The position numbers were made by a program, and so were the translations under genes. Of a stretch of 64,000 bases of DNA, positions 19,947 to 28,973 are shown piece after piece. The notes below the pieces were generated by a model. The model was given only the letters and a program-made list of their open reading frames with translations, had not been told where the DNA came from and did no database searches. Source of the DNA: an uncultured Candidatus Saccharibacteria bacterium. GTDB taxonomy: Bacteria; Patescibacteriota; Minisyncoccia; Phycocordibacterales; SBAW01. The stretch covers positions 347,032 through 411,031 of the forward strand of contig CAZYUH010000001.1 in assembly GCA_964650645.1 (NCBI GenBank). The letters run 5' to 3'. The number at the start of each line of letters is the position of its first letter. The first letter of the stretch is position 1.

Positions 19947-20217
19947 CACGACCAAAAGCCTGCCCTGCGGCAGGCTTTGCGCGTGTGCGCGGGCCGCAGC
20001 GATGTTTTGCACTTGCAAAACCGCGAGGCGGGGTCGCGAAACCATTTTGCGACGGCAAAATGGTATTCGTGACCGCACAGGCGTGCGACGGCAACTTTTG
20101 AACGCCTGGCCACAAGACAGAAACACCCGCCTTGAGGCGGGTGTTCTGCTGGTGCGCGAGCCGGAGCTGGTATCTTCAGCGGTCCTTCATGAAATAAGCG
20201 GTATATACTTAACGCGT

Positions 20218-20784
20218 ATGAATAATAGAAACATATGGGTTATTTTGGCCGTAGTGGCAATAATCGTGCTTGCGGCGTGGTACTTCATGGCGGGAAGCAT
20301 GGCGCCGGCCACGGACGGCACGGCGACCACTACCCCTAATGGCGCCGGCGATGCGGGCGTTACGACGATTCCCGGCGGCGCTCCCGCGGGAGGGGCCGCT
20401 CCGGGCGGTGCCGGCGCGGGCGCGGGAGCCGGCGCGGGCGCACCGCAGGGCCGCACCTACACCGCGCAGGTAACCGTCACCGGCTTTACCGCGCAGTCGC
20501 AGAACCGATTCCCGCTCGTCAATTACAAGGTAGAGAGCGCGCTTACCGGCAACGGCTTCTTCAGCCTCGTAGGGCAGAACACCAACACGGTCGTCTGGGG
20601 CAAGGACCAGAAGATCGTCGGAACCTATACGCTCGACCCCAACCAGATAGACGTGCAGGGCAACGAGCCGACCCACAAGCTTTCCGAGGGCGATTACTTT
20701 ATACGCATTACCGACAGCTCGGGCGCTATCGTGGGCGAGAGCAGGCCGTTCCGCATCGCGGAGGGCCAGGTGACGAACAACTAA
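20218..20784 (+). CDS. hypothetical secreted/membrane-anchored protein with Gly/Ala-rich linker
   Basis: N-terminal TM/signal anchor (IWVILAVVAIIVLAAWYF), low-complexity linker (GAGAGAGAGAGA), C-terminal beta-rich domain. Confidence 0.6.
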   Translation: MNNRNIWVILAVVAIIVLAAWYFMAGSMAPATDGTATTTPNGAGDAGVTTIPGGAPAGGAAPGGAGAGAGAGAGAPQGRTYTAQVTVTGFTAQSQNRFPLVNYKVESALTGNGFFSLVGQNTNTVVWGKDQKIVGTYTLDPNQIDVQGNEPTHKLSEGDYFIRITDSSGAIVGESRPFRIAEGQVTNN

Positions 20785-20809
20785 TCGTTCGGCTCGGCCG
20801 CAGGACAGC

Positions 20810-20843
20810 GCCAAACTCCCCGCCGTACGGCGGGGAGTTTGGC
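20810..20843 (+). terminator. terminator-like hairpin (15-bp stem)
   Basis: GCCAAACTCCCCGCC-GTAC-GGCGGGGAGTTTGGC. No clear U-tract. Confidence 0.5.
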
Positions 20844-20880
20844 GCATGCGGGTGCGCGCGGAAAAGCGTGCCACAGCTGA

Positions 20881-20908
20881 TTGACCAGAAAGCGCGACTG
20901 TGATATAG
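20881..20908 (+). promoter_or_regulatory. sigma70-like promoter of the RND efflux operon
   Basis: TTGACC, 16-nt spacer, TATAGT, ending only 4-12 nt before the candidate ATGs. This would give a leaderless or near-leaderless mRNA. Confidence 0.55.
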
Positions 20909-20920
20909 TTAATGCCTTAT

Positions 20921-22408
20921 ATGTCCAAGGCAAAGCGACTTTTCGCCTATCTCAACAGCTTTCCCCGCGCGTACAAGATAGGCGCCGCTCTCGCGCTTGT
21001 CGCCCTCGTGTCGGTCGCGCTCCACCTGAAGGGCGCTCCTTCCGCGCCCGACGCGCCCGAGAGCGCCGCTCGCGTGGAGCTGGCGTCGGTCGCGAGCCTT
21101 AGCAGCGAGGGCGGCCCCCTGCCGGTGACCGGCAAGGTCGAGTCGGTAAGCCAGGCCAGCATATCGGCGCTCAGCGGCGGCCAGATAACTTCGCTCCCGC
21201 GCGCGCTCGGCGACCGGGTCGCCGCGGGCTCCGTCATTGCGAGCTTCGAGAATTCGAGCCAGCGCGCCGCAGTCCTGCAGGCGCAGGGCTCGTACGATGC
21301 GGCGCTTGCCGGCCAGCGCGCCGTGTCGCCGGTCGATTCCGCCGCCGCGGCACGCACCGTCTTCAAGTCCGCCTACAGCACGCTCGACACGACGCTCCAT
21401 GCGAACGTCGACGCGTTCTTCGGCGGGCCTACGGCCTACGGCCCCAAGATACTCATACCGACCCCTATGTACGACTTCGCGGAGCTCTCCCGCGAGCGCA
21501 CGGCGATAAGCGAGAGCATGGACCGCTACCGCGACGCGCTTGACTCGGCCGACAGCGCCGACCCTGCCGCGCTCCTGGCGCAGGCGACCGCTGTTACCCA
21601 GCAGGTCTCGAACCTGCTTACCAAGCTCGGCGTCGCGGCGCAGGACCGCGAGTCGCGCGCCACGCAGGCCCAGCTTTCCGCGCTCGCCGCGGCGCGCTCG
21701 TCCGTCGGCGCGCTTTCCTCGACGCTCTCCGCCGCCACCCAGGCCTACCGCTCCTCAAGCGTCACCACCACCTCATCGACCGACGCGTCGGTCACCATCG
21801 CGCTGGGCGGCCTGCGTGCCGCGCAGGCCGCGCTCGAGAAGACCTACGTGCGCGCGCCCATTTCAGGCACCATCGTGAGCCTGCCCGTGCACCGCGGCGA
21901 CTTCATATCGCCCGGCGCCGTAGTCGCGGTCATATCGAACCCGGGCGCGCTCCAGGTCGAGTCCTACGTCACCGCCGCGGATGCCAAGACCCTCCAGGTG
22001 GGCGGTAAGGCGACCATAGACGGCGGCACGCCGGGCACTATCGTCTTCATCGCGCCCGCGCTCGACCCGCTCACCGGCAAGATACAGGTAAAGATAAGCC
22101 CCACGGGCGGCCAGGGCGCGCTCACCGACGGCAGCACGGTAGCGGTCATGCTCGACAGGGCGTCGGCGGGCAGGAAGGCTGCGGCGAAGGGCGCCCTTTC
22201 CATACCGATAGCCGCGGCAAAAATGACGCCGCAGGGCCCGGTCGTATTCACGGTCGCGTCGAGCACCCTTGTCGCGCATCCCGTAACGCTGGGCGACATA
22301 GCCGGCGGCCAGGTGGAAGTGACGCAGGGCCTTTCGTCCGACATGGATATCGTCGTGGACGCGCGCGGCCTCTCCGAAGGCCAGGAGGTCGTCGTGGGCG
22401 CCGAGTAA
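20921..22408 (+). CDS. efflux RND transporter periplasmic adaptor subunit (membrane fusion protein, HlyD family)
   Basis: N-terminal TM anchor, coiled-coil region, C-terminal beta-barrel (YVRAPISGTIVSLPVHRGDFISPGAVVAVI). The start could also be the ATG at 20912. Confidence 0.85.
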   Translation: MSKAKRLFAYLNSFPRAYKIGAALALVALVSVALHLKGAPSAPDAPESAARVELASVASLSSEGGPLPVTGKVESVSQASISALSGGQITSLPRALGDRVAAGSVIASFENSSQRAAVLQAQGSYDAALAGQRAVSPVDSAAAARTVFKSAYSTLDTTLHANVDAFFGGPTAYGPKILIPTPMYDFAELSRERTAISESMDRYRDALDSADSADPAALLAQATAVTQQVSNLLTKLGVAAQDRESRATQAQLSALAAARSSVGALSSTLSAATQAYRSSSVTTTSSTDASVTIALGGLRAAQAALEKTYVRAPISGTIVSLPVHRGDFISPGAVVAVISNPGALQVESYVTAADAKTLQVGGKATIDGGTPGTIVFIAPALDPLTGKIQVKISPTGGQGALTDGSTVAVMLDRASAGRKAAAKGALSIPIAAAKMTPQGPVVFTVASSTLVAHPVTLGDIAGGQVEVTQGLSSDMDIVVDARGLSEGQEVVVGAE

Positions 22409-22412
22409 CGCT

Positions 22413-25400
22413 ATGCTCTGGCTCTGGAATTTCTTCTTGGAGAAGCGCCAGCTCAGCTACGTGCTCGTGGCCGTCCTGCTCATAGCCGGCATCTACTCCG
22501 TCATCCGCATTCCCAAGGAGAACACGCCGCAGATAGACCTCGCGATAGCGGTCGTGACCGCGAGCCTTCCGGGCGCATCGGCGGAGGACATGGAGTCCCT
22601 CGTGACCAACAAGCTCGAAGCGCAGATATCGGGCGTCGCGAACATCGACACGCTCACTTCCAGCTCGGGCGACGGCATGTCGGCCATTACCGTGCAGTTC
22701 AACGCGCAGGCCGATACGGACCAGTCCATACAGGACCTGCGCGACGCAGTGTCGCGCGCGCGGGCGAACCTGCCCTCGGACGTCGAGGCGCCGCAGGTGA
22801 CCAAGCTCAACTTCAGCGACCAGCCCATCATCGCCGTCACCGTGTCGGGCCCGCTGCAGCCCATGGAGTTCTCGAAGCTCGGGACCGAGCTTCAGAACGA
22901 CCTGCTTAATGTCACGGGCGTATCCCAGGTGCAGGTCGCCGGCGTGCCGGAGCGCCAGGTCAGCGTCATCGTGCGCCGCGGGGCGCTCGAGCAATACGGG
23001 CTGAGCGTCACGCAGGTCATCCAGGCCATTTCCAGCAGCAACGCGGCCCTGCCCGCGGGGCGCATCTCCATGGACGGCGTGAGCTACAACGTCAACTTCA
23101 AGGGCGGCCTTGAGGACCCGAGCGAGATCCGCGACATAGCGGTTTCAAGCAAGAGCGGCGTCCCGGTCTACCTGCGCGACATAGCGGATATCGTGGACGG
23201 CCTCGCCCCTGCCACGACCTACTCGCGCGTCTCCGTGGGCGGCAAGCCGAGCACGGAGGCGATAACGCTCCTCATTTACAAGCAGTCCTCGGCGGACATA
23301 CAGGAAACCGCTCAGAAGGTCGCCGCCCGCCTCCACGAGCTCCAGGGGACGACGCTCAGCGGGCTCGAGGTGTTCGTGCCGCCCTCGACCGACCAGGGCG
23401 TGCAGATAAGCAAGCAGCTCGGCGACCTCACCGAGACCGGGCTTGTCACGGTCGTGCTCGTCATACTCGTGCTCCTGCTGACCATCGGCTGGCGCGAGTC
23501 GGTCGTCGCGGGGCTCGCCATACCGCTCTCGTTCCTCATCGCGTTCATCGGCCTGTACTTCACCGGCAACACCCTCAACTTCATAAGCCTCTTCGCGCTC
23601 ATACTTGCCGTGGGCATATTGGTGGATTCCGGCATCGTCGTCACCGAGGCGATACATGCGCGCATAGGCGCCCGGAAGAGCCCGGATGATGCCGCGCGCG
23701 CCGCCCTGCGCGACTACGCCTGGCCGCTCATTGCGGGCACCATGGCGACGGTCGCGGTGTTCGCGCCGCTCTTCTTCCTGACCGGCATCATCGGCAAGTT
23801 CATATCGGGCATCCCGTACACGCTCATATTCGTGCTCATGGCGTCCATATTCGTGGCGCTCGGCATCGTCCCGCTCATCGCGGTGCTGTTCACCAAGGGC
23901 GCGCCCAACCGCTTCGAGAGGATGCAGGAGGAATATACGAGCGCGGTTACGGAGTGGTATACCCGCAAGCTGCGCATCGTGCTCGAGCGCCGCCGCCAGC
24001 AGAACCTGCTCCTCGCGGCCCTTTTCGTCGGCATGCTGGCGTCGTTCGCCTTGCCGGCGCTGGGCTTCGTGTCGGCGACGTTCTTCCCGGTAGCCGACGA
24101 GGACTACATCTACCTCAACCTGCAGAAGCCGCAGGGCACCGTGCTGGAGGCCACCGACCTCGCCGTGCGCGAGGTCGAGGAGATCCTCTACGAGGACGAG
24201 GACATCGCGTCGTTCCAGACGACGGTAGGGCAGAGCTCGGCGCTTTCTGGCGAGAGCAGCGCGGGCTCAAACCAGGCCAACATCACGCTCAATCTGCCGG
24301 AAGACCGCCGCAAGACCAGCACCGAAATAGCCGCAGAGCTCCAGAACAGGCTCGCATCGGTCAAGGGCGCCGATATCCAGGTGCTGCAGGCCTCCAACGG
24401 CCCGCCCTCTGGCGCGCCCATCTACATCAGGTTCCTGGGCGACGATCTGGGCGACCTCATTACCGCCGCCGAGGCCGGCAAGCGCCTCCTCTCTTCCATG
24501 CCCAACGTCACCAACATCACCGCCTCGACGCAGAGCAACGGCACCGAGTTCAACCTGGCGATAGACCGCGCGAAGGCGGCGAGCCTCGGACTCAATACGA
24601 GCGCGGTCGCCCAGACGCTTCGCGCCGCGGTAAACGGCACCAAGGCCACGAGCATCACCCAGGACAAGGAGAACATCGACGTCGTAGTGAAGCTCGACCT
24701 CAACCCGGCGTACACCGGTCCCGGCGACACGGCGCAGACGACGATAGACAGCATCAAGAATTTGTCGATGCAGAACGCCTCGGGCGATACGGTCCTCCTG
24801 GGCTCCGTCCTGCAGGATTCGCTGGCGCTCTCTTCGGCCGCCATAGCCCACGAGGAGAAGGAGCGCGTGCAGACCGTCGGCGCATACCCGACGGCCGGCA
24901 CCGCCGCGACCGCCGTCGTGGCAGAATTCCAGAAGAGGACGGGGGAGCTCAACCTGCCCGAGGGCGTCAGGATATCGTACGGGGGCGAATCCGAGAGCAT
25001 CAACGAGTCGTTCACCCAGATGTTCGTGGCGCTCATCGCGGGGCTTGTCTTCATGTTCCTCATCCTCGTCGTCTCGTTCAATTCCGTGCGCTACACGCTC
25101 TACCTCCTCTACATCGTGCCTCTCTCGCTCATCGGCGTCCTGGGCGGGCTCGCGCTCACCGGCCAGTCGCTGTCGTTCACGTCGCTGTTGGGGATCATCG
25201 GGCTCGGCGGCGTCATCATCAACCACGCCATCATCCTCATGGACTCGCTCATACACAACCTGCGCGCGCATCCCGAGAAGCCGCTCATCGACATCGTAAT
25301 CGAGTCGTCCGAGACCCGCTTCCGCCCCATCATGCTCACGACTATTACCACGGTGATCGGCATGATCCCGCTCGCGCTCTCGAACCCTACCTGGGGCCCG

Positions 25401-25505
25401 TTCGCCTTTACCGTGATGTTCGGGCTTATGTTCGCCATCTGCCTCACGCTCGTGGTGGTGCCGGTGCTGTTCTACCGCGCCCCGCACAAGGAGCGCGCGC
25501 AATAA
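22413..25505 (+). CDS. RND family efflux transporter permease (AcrB/HAE-type)
   Basis: 1030 aa with 12 TM helices and two large periplasmic loops. N-terminal LSYVLVAVLLIAGIYSVIRIPKENTPQID and conserved TM4/TM10 blocks. Confidence 0.9.
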   Translation: MLWLWNFFLEKRQLSYVLVAVLLIAGIYSVIRIPKENTPQIDLAIAVVTASLPGASAEDMESLVTNKLEAQISGVANIDTLTSSSGDGMSAITVQFNAQADTDQSIQDLRDAVSRARANLPSDVEAPQVTKLNFSDQPIIAVTVSGPLQPMEFSKLGTELQNDLLNVTGVSQVQVAGVPERQVSVIVRRGALEQYGLSVTQVIQAISSSNAALPAGRISMDGVSYNVNFKGGLEDPSEIRDIAVSSKSGVPVYLRDIADIVDGLAPATTYSRVSVGGKPSTEAITLLIYKQSSADIQETAQKVAARLHELQGTTLSGLEVFVPPSTDQGVQISKQLGDLTETGLVTVVLVILVLLLTIGWRESVVAGLAIPLSFLIAFIGLYFTGNTLNFISLFALILAVGILVDSGIVVTEAIHARIGARKSPDDAARAALRDYAWPLIAGTMATVAVFAPLFFLTGIIGKFISGIPYTLIFVLMASIFVALGIVPLIAVLFTKGAPNRFERMQEEYTSAVTEWYTRKLRIVLERRRQQNLLLAALFVGMLASFALPALGFVSATFFPVADEDYIYLNLQKPQGTVLEATDLAVREVEEILYEDEDIASFQTTVGQSSALSGESSAGSNQANITLNLPEDRRKTSTEIAAELQNRLASVKGADIQVLQASNGPPSGAPIYIRFLGDDLGDLITAAEAGKRLLSSMPNVTNITASTQSNGTEFNLAIDRAKAASLGLNTSAVAQTLRAAVNGTKATSITQDKENIDVVVKLDLNPAYTGPGDTAQTTIDSIKNLSMQNASGDTVLLGSVLQDSLALSSAAIAHEEKERVQTVGAYPTAGTAATAVVAEFQKRTGELNLPEGVRISYGGESESINESFTQMFVALIAGLVFMFLILVVSFNSVRYTLYLLYIVPLSLIGVLGGLALTGQSLSFTSLLGIIGLGGVIINHAIILMDSLIHNLRAHPEKPLIDIVIESSETRFRPIMLTTITTVIGMIPLALSNPTWGPFAFTVMFGLMFAICLTLVVVPVLFYRAPHKERAQ

Positions 25506-25526
25506 TAAAGGGCCCCATTTCCGCTT

Positions 25527-26273
25527 ATGGCAGCAAAGAAACCCGCAAAACTCTACATATACGGCAGGCATTCCGTGGCGGAGGCTCTTCGGCACGCGCC
25601 GCGGTCGGTGCGCGCGCTCTACCTGGAGGAGCCGGGGGATAAGGGTTTGCACGAACTGGCCCGCGCCGCAGGCATCAAGGCCATTCCCCTTGATATGCGC
25701 CGCGTCACCTCGATGGTCGAGGGCCAAGCGGCCCACCAGGGCGCAGTGGCGCTCATCGGCGGCCCCGAGCTCCTGCTTGATGCGGAGCGGTTCGTGGAAT
25801 CGTTCACGCCCGCTCCCGAAAGCGTGCTCGTGTTCCTAAGCGGGGTGCAGGACCCTCACAACGTCGGCGCCATACTCCGCTCGGCGGCCGCGTTCGGCGC
25901 CGCGGCGGTGCTCCTTCCCGTGCACAAGCAGTCGCCCGTAACCGCCGCGGTCATACGCTCGTCGGCCGGCATGGCGTTCCAGGTTCCGCTGGTCGGCGTC
26001 GCCAACCCGCAGCAGACCATTGCCGCGCTCAGGAAAAAGGGCGTGCGCGTGCTGGGGCTTGCCGCCGACGGCAGCGTGCGGCTCGAGCAGGAGCCGTTCA
26101 AGGAGCCTGTCATGCTCGTGTTCGGCAACGAAGCGGAGGGCGTTGCCCCGTATGCCCGCGCGCTGTGCGACGCGATGCTTTCCATAGATATCGAGCCTGA
26201 GGCCGAGTCGCTTAACGTGGCGGCAAGCGCCGCGGTCGCCTTGTATGCGGCGCGCCGGCGCAGGGGCGCTTAG
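25527..26273 (+). CDS. TrmH/SpoU-family RNA 2'-O-methyltransferase (RlmB-like)
   Basis: SPOUT motifs: LVFGNEAEGV and LNVAASAAVALYA (C-terminus). Confidence 0.85.
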   Translation: MAAKKPAKLYIYGRHSVAEALRHAPRSVRALYLEEPGDKGLHELARAAGIKAIPLDMRRVTSMVEGQAAHQGAVALIGGPELLLDAERFVESFTPAPESVLVFLSGVQDPHNVGAILRSAAAFGAAAVLLPVHKQSPVTAAVIRSSAGMAFQVPLVGVANPQQTIAALRKKGVRVLGLAADGSVRLEQEPFKEPVMLVFGNEAEGVAPYARALCDAMLSIDIEPEAESLNVAASAAVALYAARRRRGA

Positions 26274-26304
26274 AATGCCCGGTTTCGCGCATACTCTCCC
26301 TGCC

Positions 26305-26523
26305 ATGGCGCATCCTTTTTCAAGACTATTCGACGCGGCGCTCCGCAAAAGCACGCCCATGGACAACCGGGTGCTCAAGGAGGCCGAGCTCCTGCGCGCA
26401 AAGGGGTACGGGGCAGGGGAGATCCATGCGGTCCTCTTGAAGATGCAGAAGGGGCTGGTGCGCGATGAGGAGTACGAGATCGCGCGGGAGGCGGCGGAGG
26501 AAATGAGCCGGTATCTGGAGTAG
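26305..26523 (+). CDS. hypothetical small protein (72 aa)
   Basis: ATG downstream of the trmH stop. No recognisable domain. Confidence 0.35.
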   Translation: MAHPFSRLFDAALRKSTPMDNRVLKEAELLRAKGYGAGEIHAVLLKMQKGLVRDEEYEIAREAAEEMSRYLE

Positions 26524-26580
26524 AGCGCCCTGCCGGCGCCATTCTCTAAGGCGGGTATTTTTGCTATAGTGCACCTTGCC

Positions 26581-26662
26581 GGTCACGTGGCGGAATTGGT
26601 ATACGCGTACGTCTCAGAAGCGTATGGGGCAACCCGTGGGAGTTCAAGTCTCCCCGTGACCA
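26581..26662 (+). tRNA. tRNA-Leu (anticodon CAG)
   Basis: Acceptor GGTCACG/CGTGACC with discriminator A. Anticodon stem TACGT/GCGTA with loop CTCAGAA. Long variable arm. T-arm GGGAGTTCAAGTCTCCC. Confidence 0.8.
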
Positions 26663-26672
26663 CAAGGACTCA

Positions 26673-26697
26673 AAAAGGCGGCCTTTGGCCGCCTTTT
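26673..26697 (+). terminator. rho-independent terminator
   Basis: AAAAGGCGGCC-TTTG-GCCGCCTTTT. Confidence 0.7.
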
Positions 26698-26807
26698 GCG
26701 GTTCACGGGCTTGCGCTTGACACAAGTTATTTTATGCGTTAGGGTGCCGTATCGTCTGGCTACGCTTCAGCGGGGCTTCAGGGGTGAAGGGTTAACGTAA
26801 ACGCCAC

Positions 26808-27434
26808 ATGGAATCCATTTTTTCTGTATCCGCAAAAGTCCTCGAAGGCGTACGCCGCGACATGCGCGTGCGCTGGGGGCTGGGAGCCGGCGCTTCGGTG
26901 CTCCTGAGCGCGGGAGTGCTCGGTTTGGGCGGCTCGCTTACGCCGGAATTCCTGCACGCCTCGGCGGCCCGGCGCTCGCTCATTCCCCAGGAGCGCATCG
27001 AGGCGCAGAGCCTCGAGGTGGTCGATATGTCCACCTCGACCGTATTCCAGGTCATAGGGTCCCTGCGCGAGACTGAGCGATTCGAGCTCATGCTCTACAA
27101 CAGCGGCGCCGACGAGGCCCTCAAGCGCCTCGGCACCTACACCGTCTTCGTGCCGTCCTCGGCCGACTTCGATTACCTTCCCAAGCGCTACATCGCGGGA
27201 CTGTCGCGCGCCGAAGCCAAGCATCTCGCGCTCGGCCATATCGTCCCGCGCGCCCTCCCGATGGAAGAGGCGCTCAGCGGCAGGGTCATAACGCTCGGCG
27301 GCACCGCCGCGAGCTTCGATGTCGACGAGTCGGCGAAGGCCGCGACCGTTGACGGCGCCCAGGTGCTCAGGGCGTACAAGGCATCCAACGGCTACGTCTA
27401 CGTCATAAACAAGGTGCTCGCCGATACCGAATAG
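26808..27434 (+). CDS. fasciclin (FAS1) domain protein
   Basis: N-terminal signal/anchor. FAS1 signatures TVFVPSSADF...HIVP... and C-terminal NGYVYVINKVL. Confidence 0.75.
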   Translation: MESIFSVSAKVLEGVRRDMRVRWGLGAGASVLLSAGVLGLGGSLTPEFLHASAARRSLIPQERIEAQSLEVVDMSTSTVFQVIGSLRETERFELMLYNSGADEALKRLGTYTVFVPSSADFDYLPKRYIAGLSRAEAKHLALGHIVPRALPMEEALSGRVITLGGTAASFDVDESAKAATVDGAQVLRAYKASNGYVYVINKVLADTE

Positions 27435-27435
27435 C

Positions 27436-27466
27436 AAAAAACTCCCGGGATATCCCGGGAGTTTTT
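27436..27466. terminator. bidirectional terminator between convergent genes
   Basis: AAAAACTCCCGGGA-TAT-CCCGGGAGTTTTT is a palindrome with A/T runs on both sides. Confidence 0.7.
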
Positions 27467-27469
27467 CTG

Positions 27470-28216
27470 TCATTCCTTCTTGAACCCCTCGAGCGCCTTG
27501 AGCAGCTCCATCGGCACGGCGAACACGATGGTGTTGGACTGGTCGCTCGATATGTCGTTTATGCTCTGGAGCGTGCGCAAATGGAGCGCGCCCGGCGTTG
27601 CCGACAGCGTGCGGGCCGCGTCGGCCATGTTCTGGGCCGCTGCAAGCTCGCCTTCGGAGGTGATGATGACCGCGCGCTTCTCGCGCTCGGCCTCGGCCTG
27701 CTTGGCGATGGTGCGCTCCATGGTCTCGGGAAGGGAGACGTCCTTGAGCTCCACGTTGTGGACCTTCAGCCCCCATGCGTCGGTCTCCTTGTCGACTATC
27801 TCGCGGATGCGGTCCGCTATCTTGTCGCGGCTCCCCAGGAGCTCGTCGAGCGTCACCTCGCCCACGATGTTGCGCATGGTGGTCTGCGCGTACTGCGATA
27901 TCGCGTACATGAAGTCCTCTATCTGCAGTATCGCGAGCTCGGCCGAGAATACGCTATAGTAGATGACGGCGTTGACGTTGACCGACACGTTGTCGCGGGT
28001 AATGGCCTTCTGATCGGGCACGTCGACGGCCTTGAGCCGCATGTCTACCTTTTTATAGAACTGGATGACGGGCCACACGAGCCGCCAGCCGGGCTCCATT
28101 ATTCCGCTGAATTTTCCCAGGGTGAAGCGCACGCCGCGCTCGTACTGGTTGACCTGCCTGATGGAGACGAGCACGAGAAGCGCCGCTGCGCCCAGAACAA
28201 TCCATAGAATATCCAT
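27470..28216 (-). CDS. SPFH/band-7 (stomatin/prohibitin-like) protein
   Basis: N-terminal TM helix. Band-7 core (ERGVRFTLGKF..., ...ITRDNVSVNVNAVIYY...). C-terminal coiled coil (AKQAEAEREKRA). Confidence 0.85.
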   Translation of the reverse strand: MDILWIVLGAAALLVLVSIRQVNQYERGVRFTLGKFSGIMEPGWRLVWPVIQFYKKVDMRLKAVDVPDQKAITRDNVSVNVNAVIYYSVFSAELAILQIEDFMYAISQYAQTTMRNIVGEVTLDELLGSRDKIADRIREIVDKETDAWGLKVHNVELKDVSLPETMERTIAKQAEAEREKRAVIITSEGELAAAQNMADAARTLSATPGALHLRTLQSINDISSDQSNTIVFAVPMELLKALEGFKKE

Positions 28217-28279
28217 AGGAGTGAAAGTTAACGGGTAATCCTGCGGCCAGTATAGAAGAGCGGGGGAGTTATGCAATGG

Positions 28280-28973
28280 CTATTCTTCCCGGCTTTTTTC
28301 CTTAAGCAGGCGCAGGTCGCGCGACCATATGCTGCTATCGTGCCATTCGAGGGGCTCGAAGTTCGTTTTATACAGCGCCTTCTGCCCGTATACGGTGCCC
28401 AGGTAGCAGCGTGAGTATCCGCTGTCCTTTGCGTCGCGGATGCAGTCGAGCATGAGCCACAGTCCGAGCGATTGCTGAGCGAAGGAGAGGTCGTAGGCTG
28501 AGTACCAGTAGTGGCGCATCGCGCCCGACTCTACTTCAAGCACGTAGCCCACAACGGATGCGTCCTTGCGGTATTCGATAACGGTCGTTATGAGCCCGCT
28601 TGCGAGCAGGAGCTCGAGGCGCTCGCGCGGCATTACATTGACTCCATGGCGCCGGGCGAAGTAGCCGAGCACGAATGCGTAAAGCTCGTCGCCGGCCGCG
28701 AACCCGTGCGCGGGCATGCGACGCATTCGCAAATGCGCCGTCGAATTTCCGGGCGATGCGGCGGTTCTCGCTCGTCATTGCGAATTCCTGCAATACTACG
28801 CGCGCCGAACGCGCGCTGTAAAAGATGTTGCACACGTCCTTTGAGCTTGAGTAGGGGAGATAGCCGGCGTCATAGAGGCTTTCAAGGGGCTCGCCTTCGC
28901 GTGCGATGAACTGCGTATCGGCCCGCGCTATGTAGGAATCGAAATCAGGCTTCGGCGGCGCTATTGCCTTCAT
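28280..28973 (-). pseudogene. arginyl/leucyl-tRNA--protein transferase (ATE/Bpt family)-like gene, interrupted by a +1 frameshift
   Basis: The N-terminal 79 codons (28973 down to about 28737: ...FYSARSARVVLQEFAMTSENRRIARKFDG) continue in a different frame as ...LRMRRMPAHGFAAGDELYAF...YSAYDL...SLGLWLML...CYLGTVYGQKALYKTNFEPLEW, which matches the ATE_C domain. Removing one T from the run at plus 28731-28733 (AAA) restores a 231-aa ORF. Confidence 0.6.

Noticed and set aside
20395-20445. GCGGGCGCG/GGAGCCGGC tandem repeat.
   Set aside because: In-frame coding repeat for a (GA)n Gly/Ala linker in the 20218..20784 protein; not a CRISPR array or non-coding SSR.
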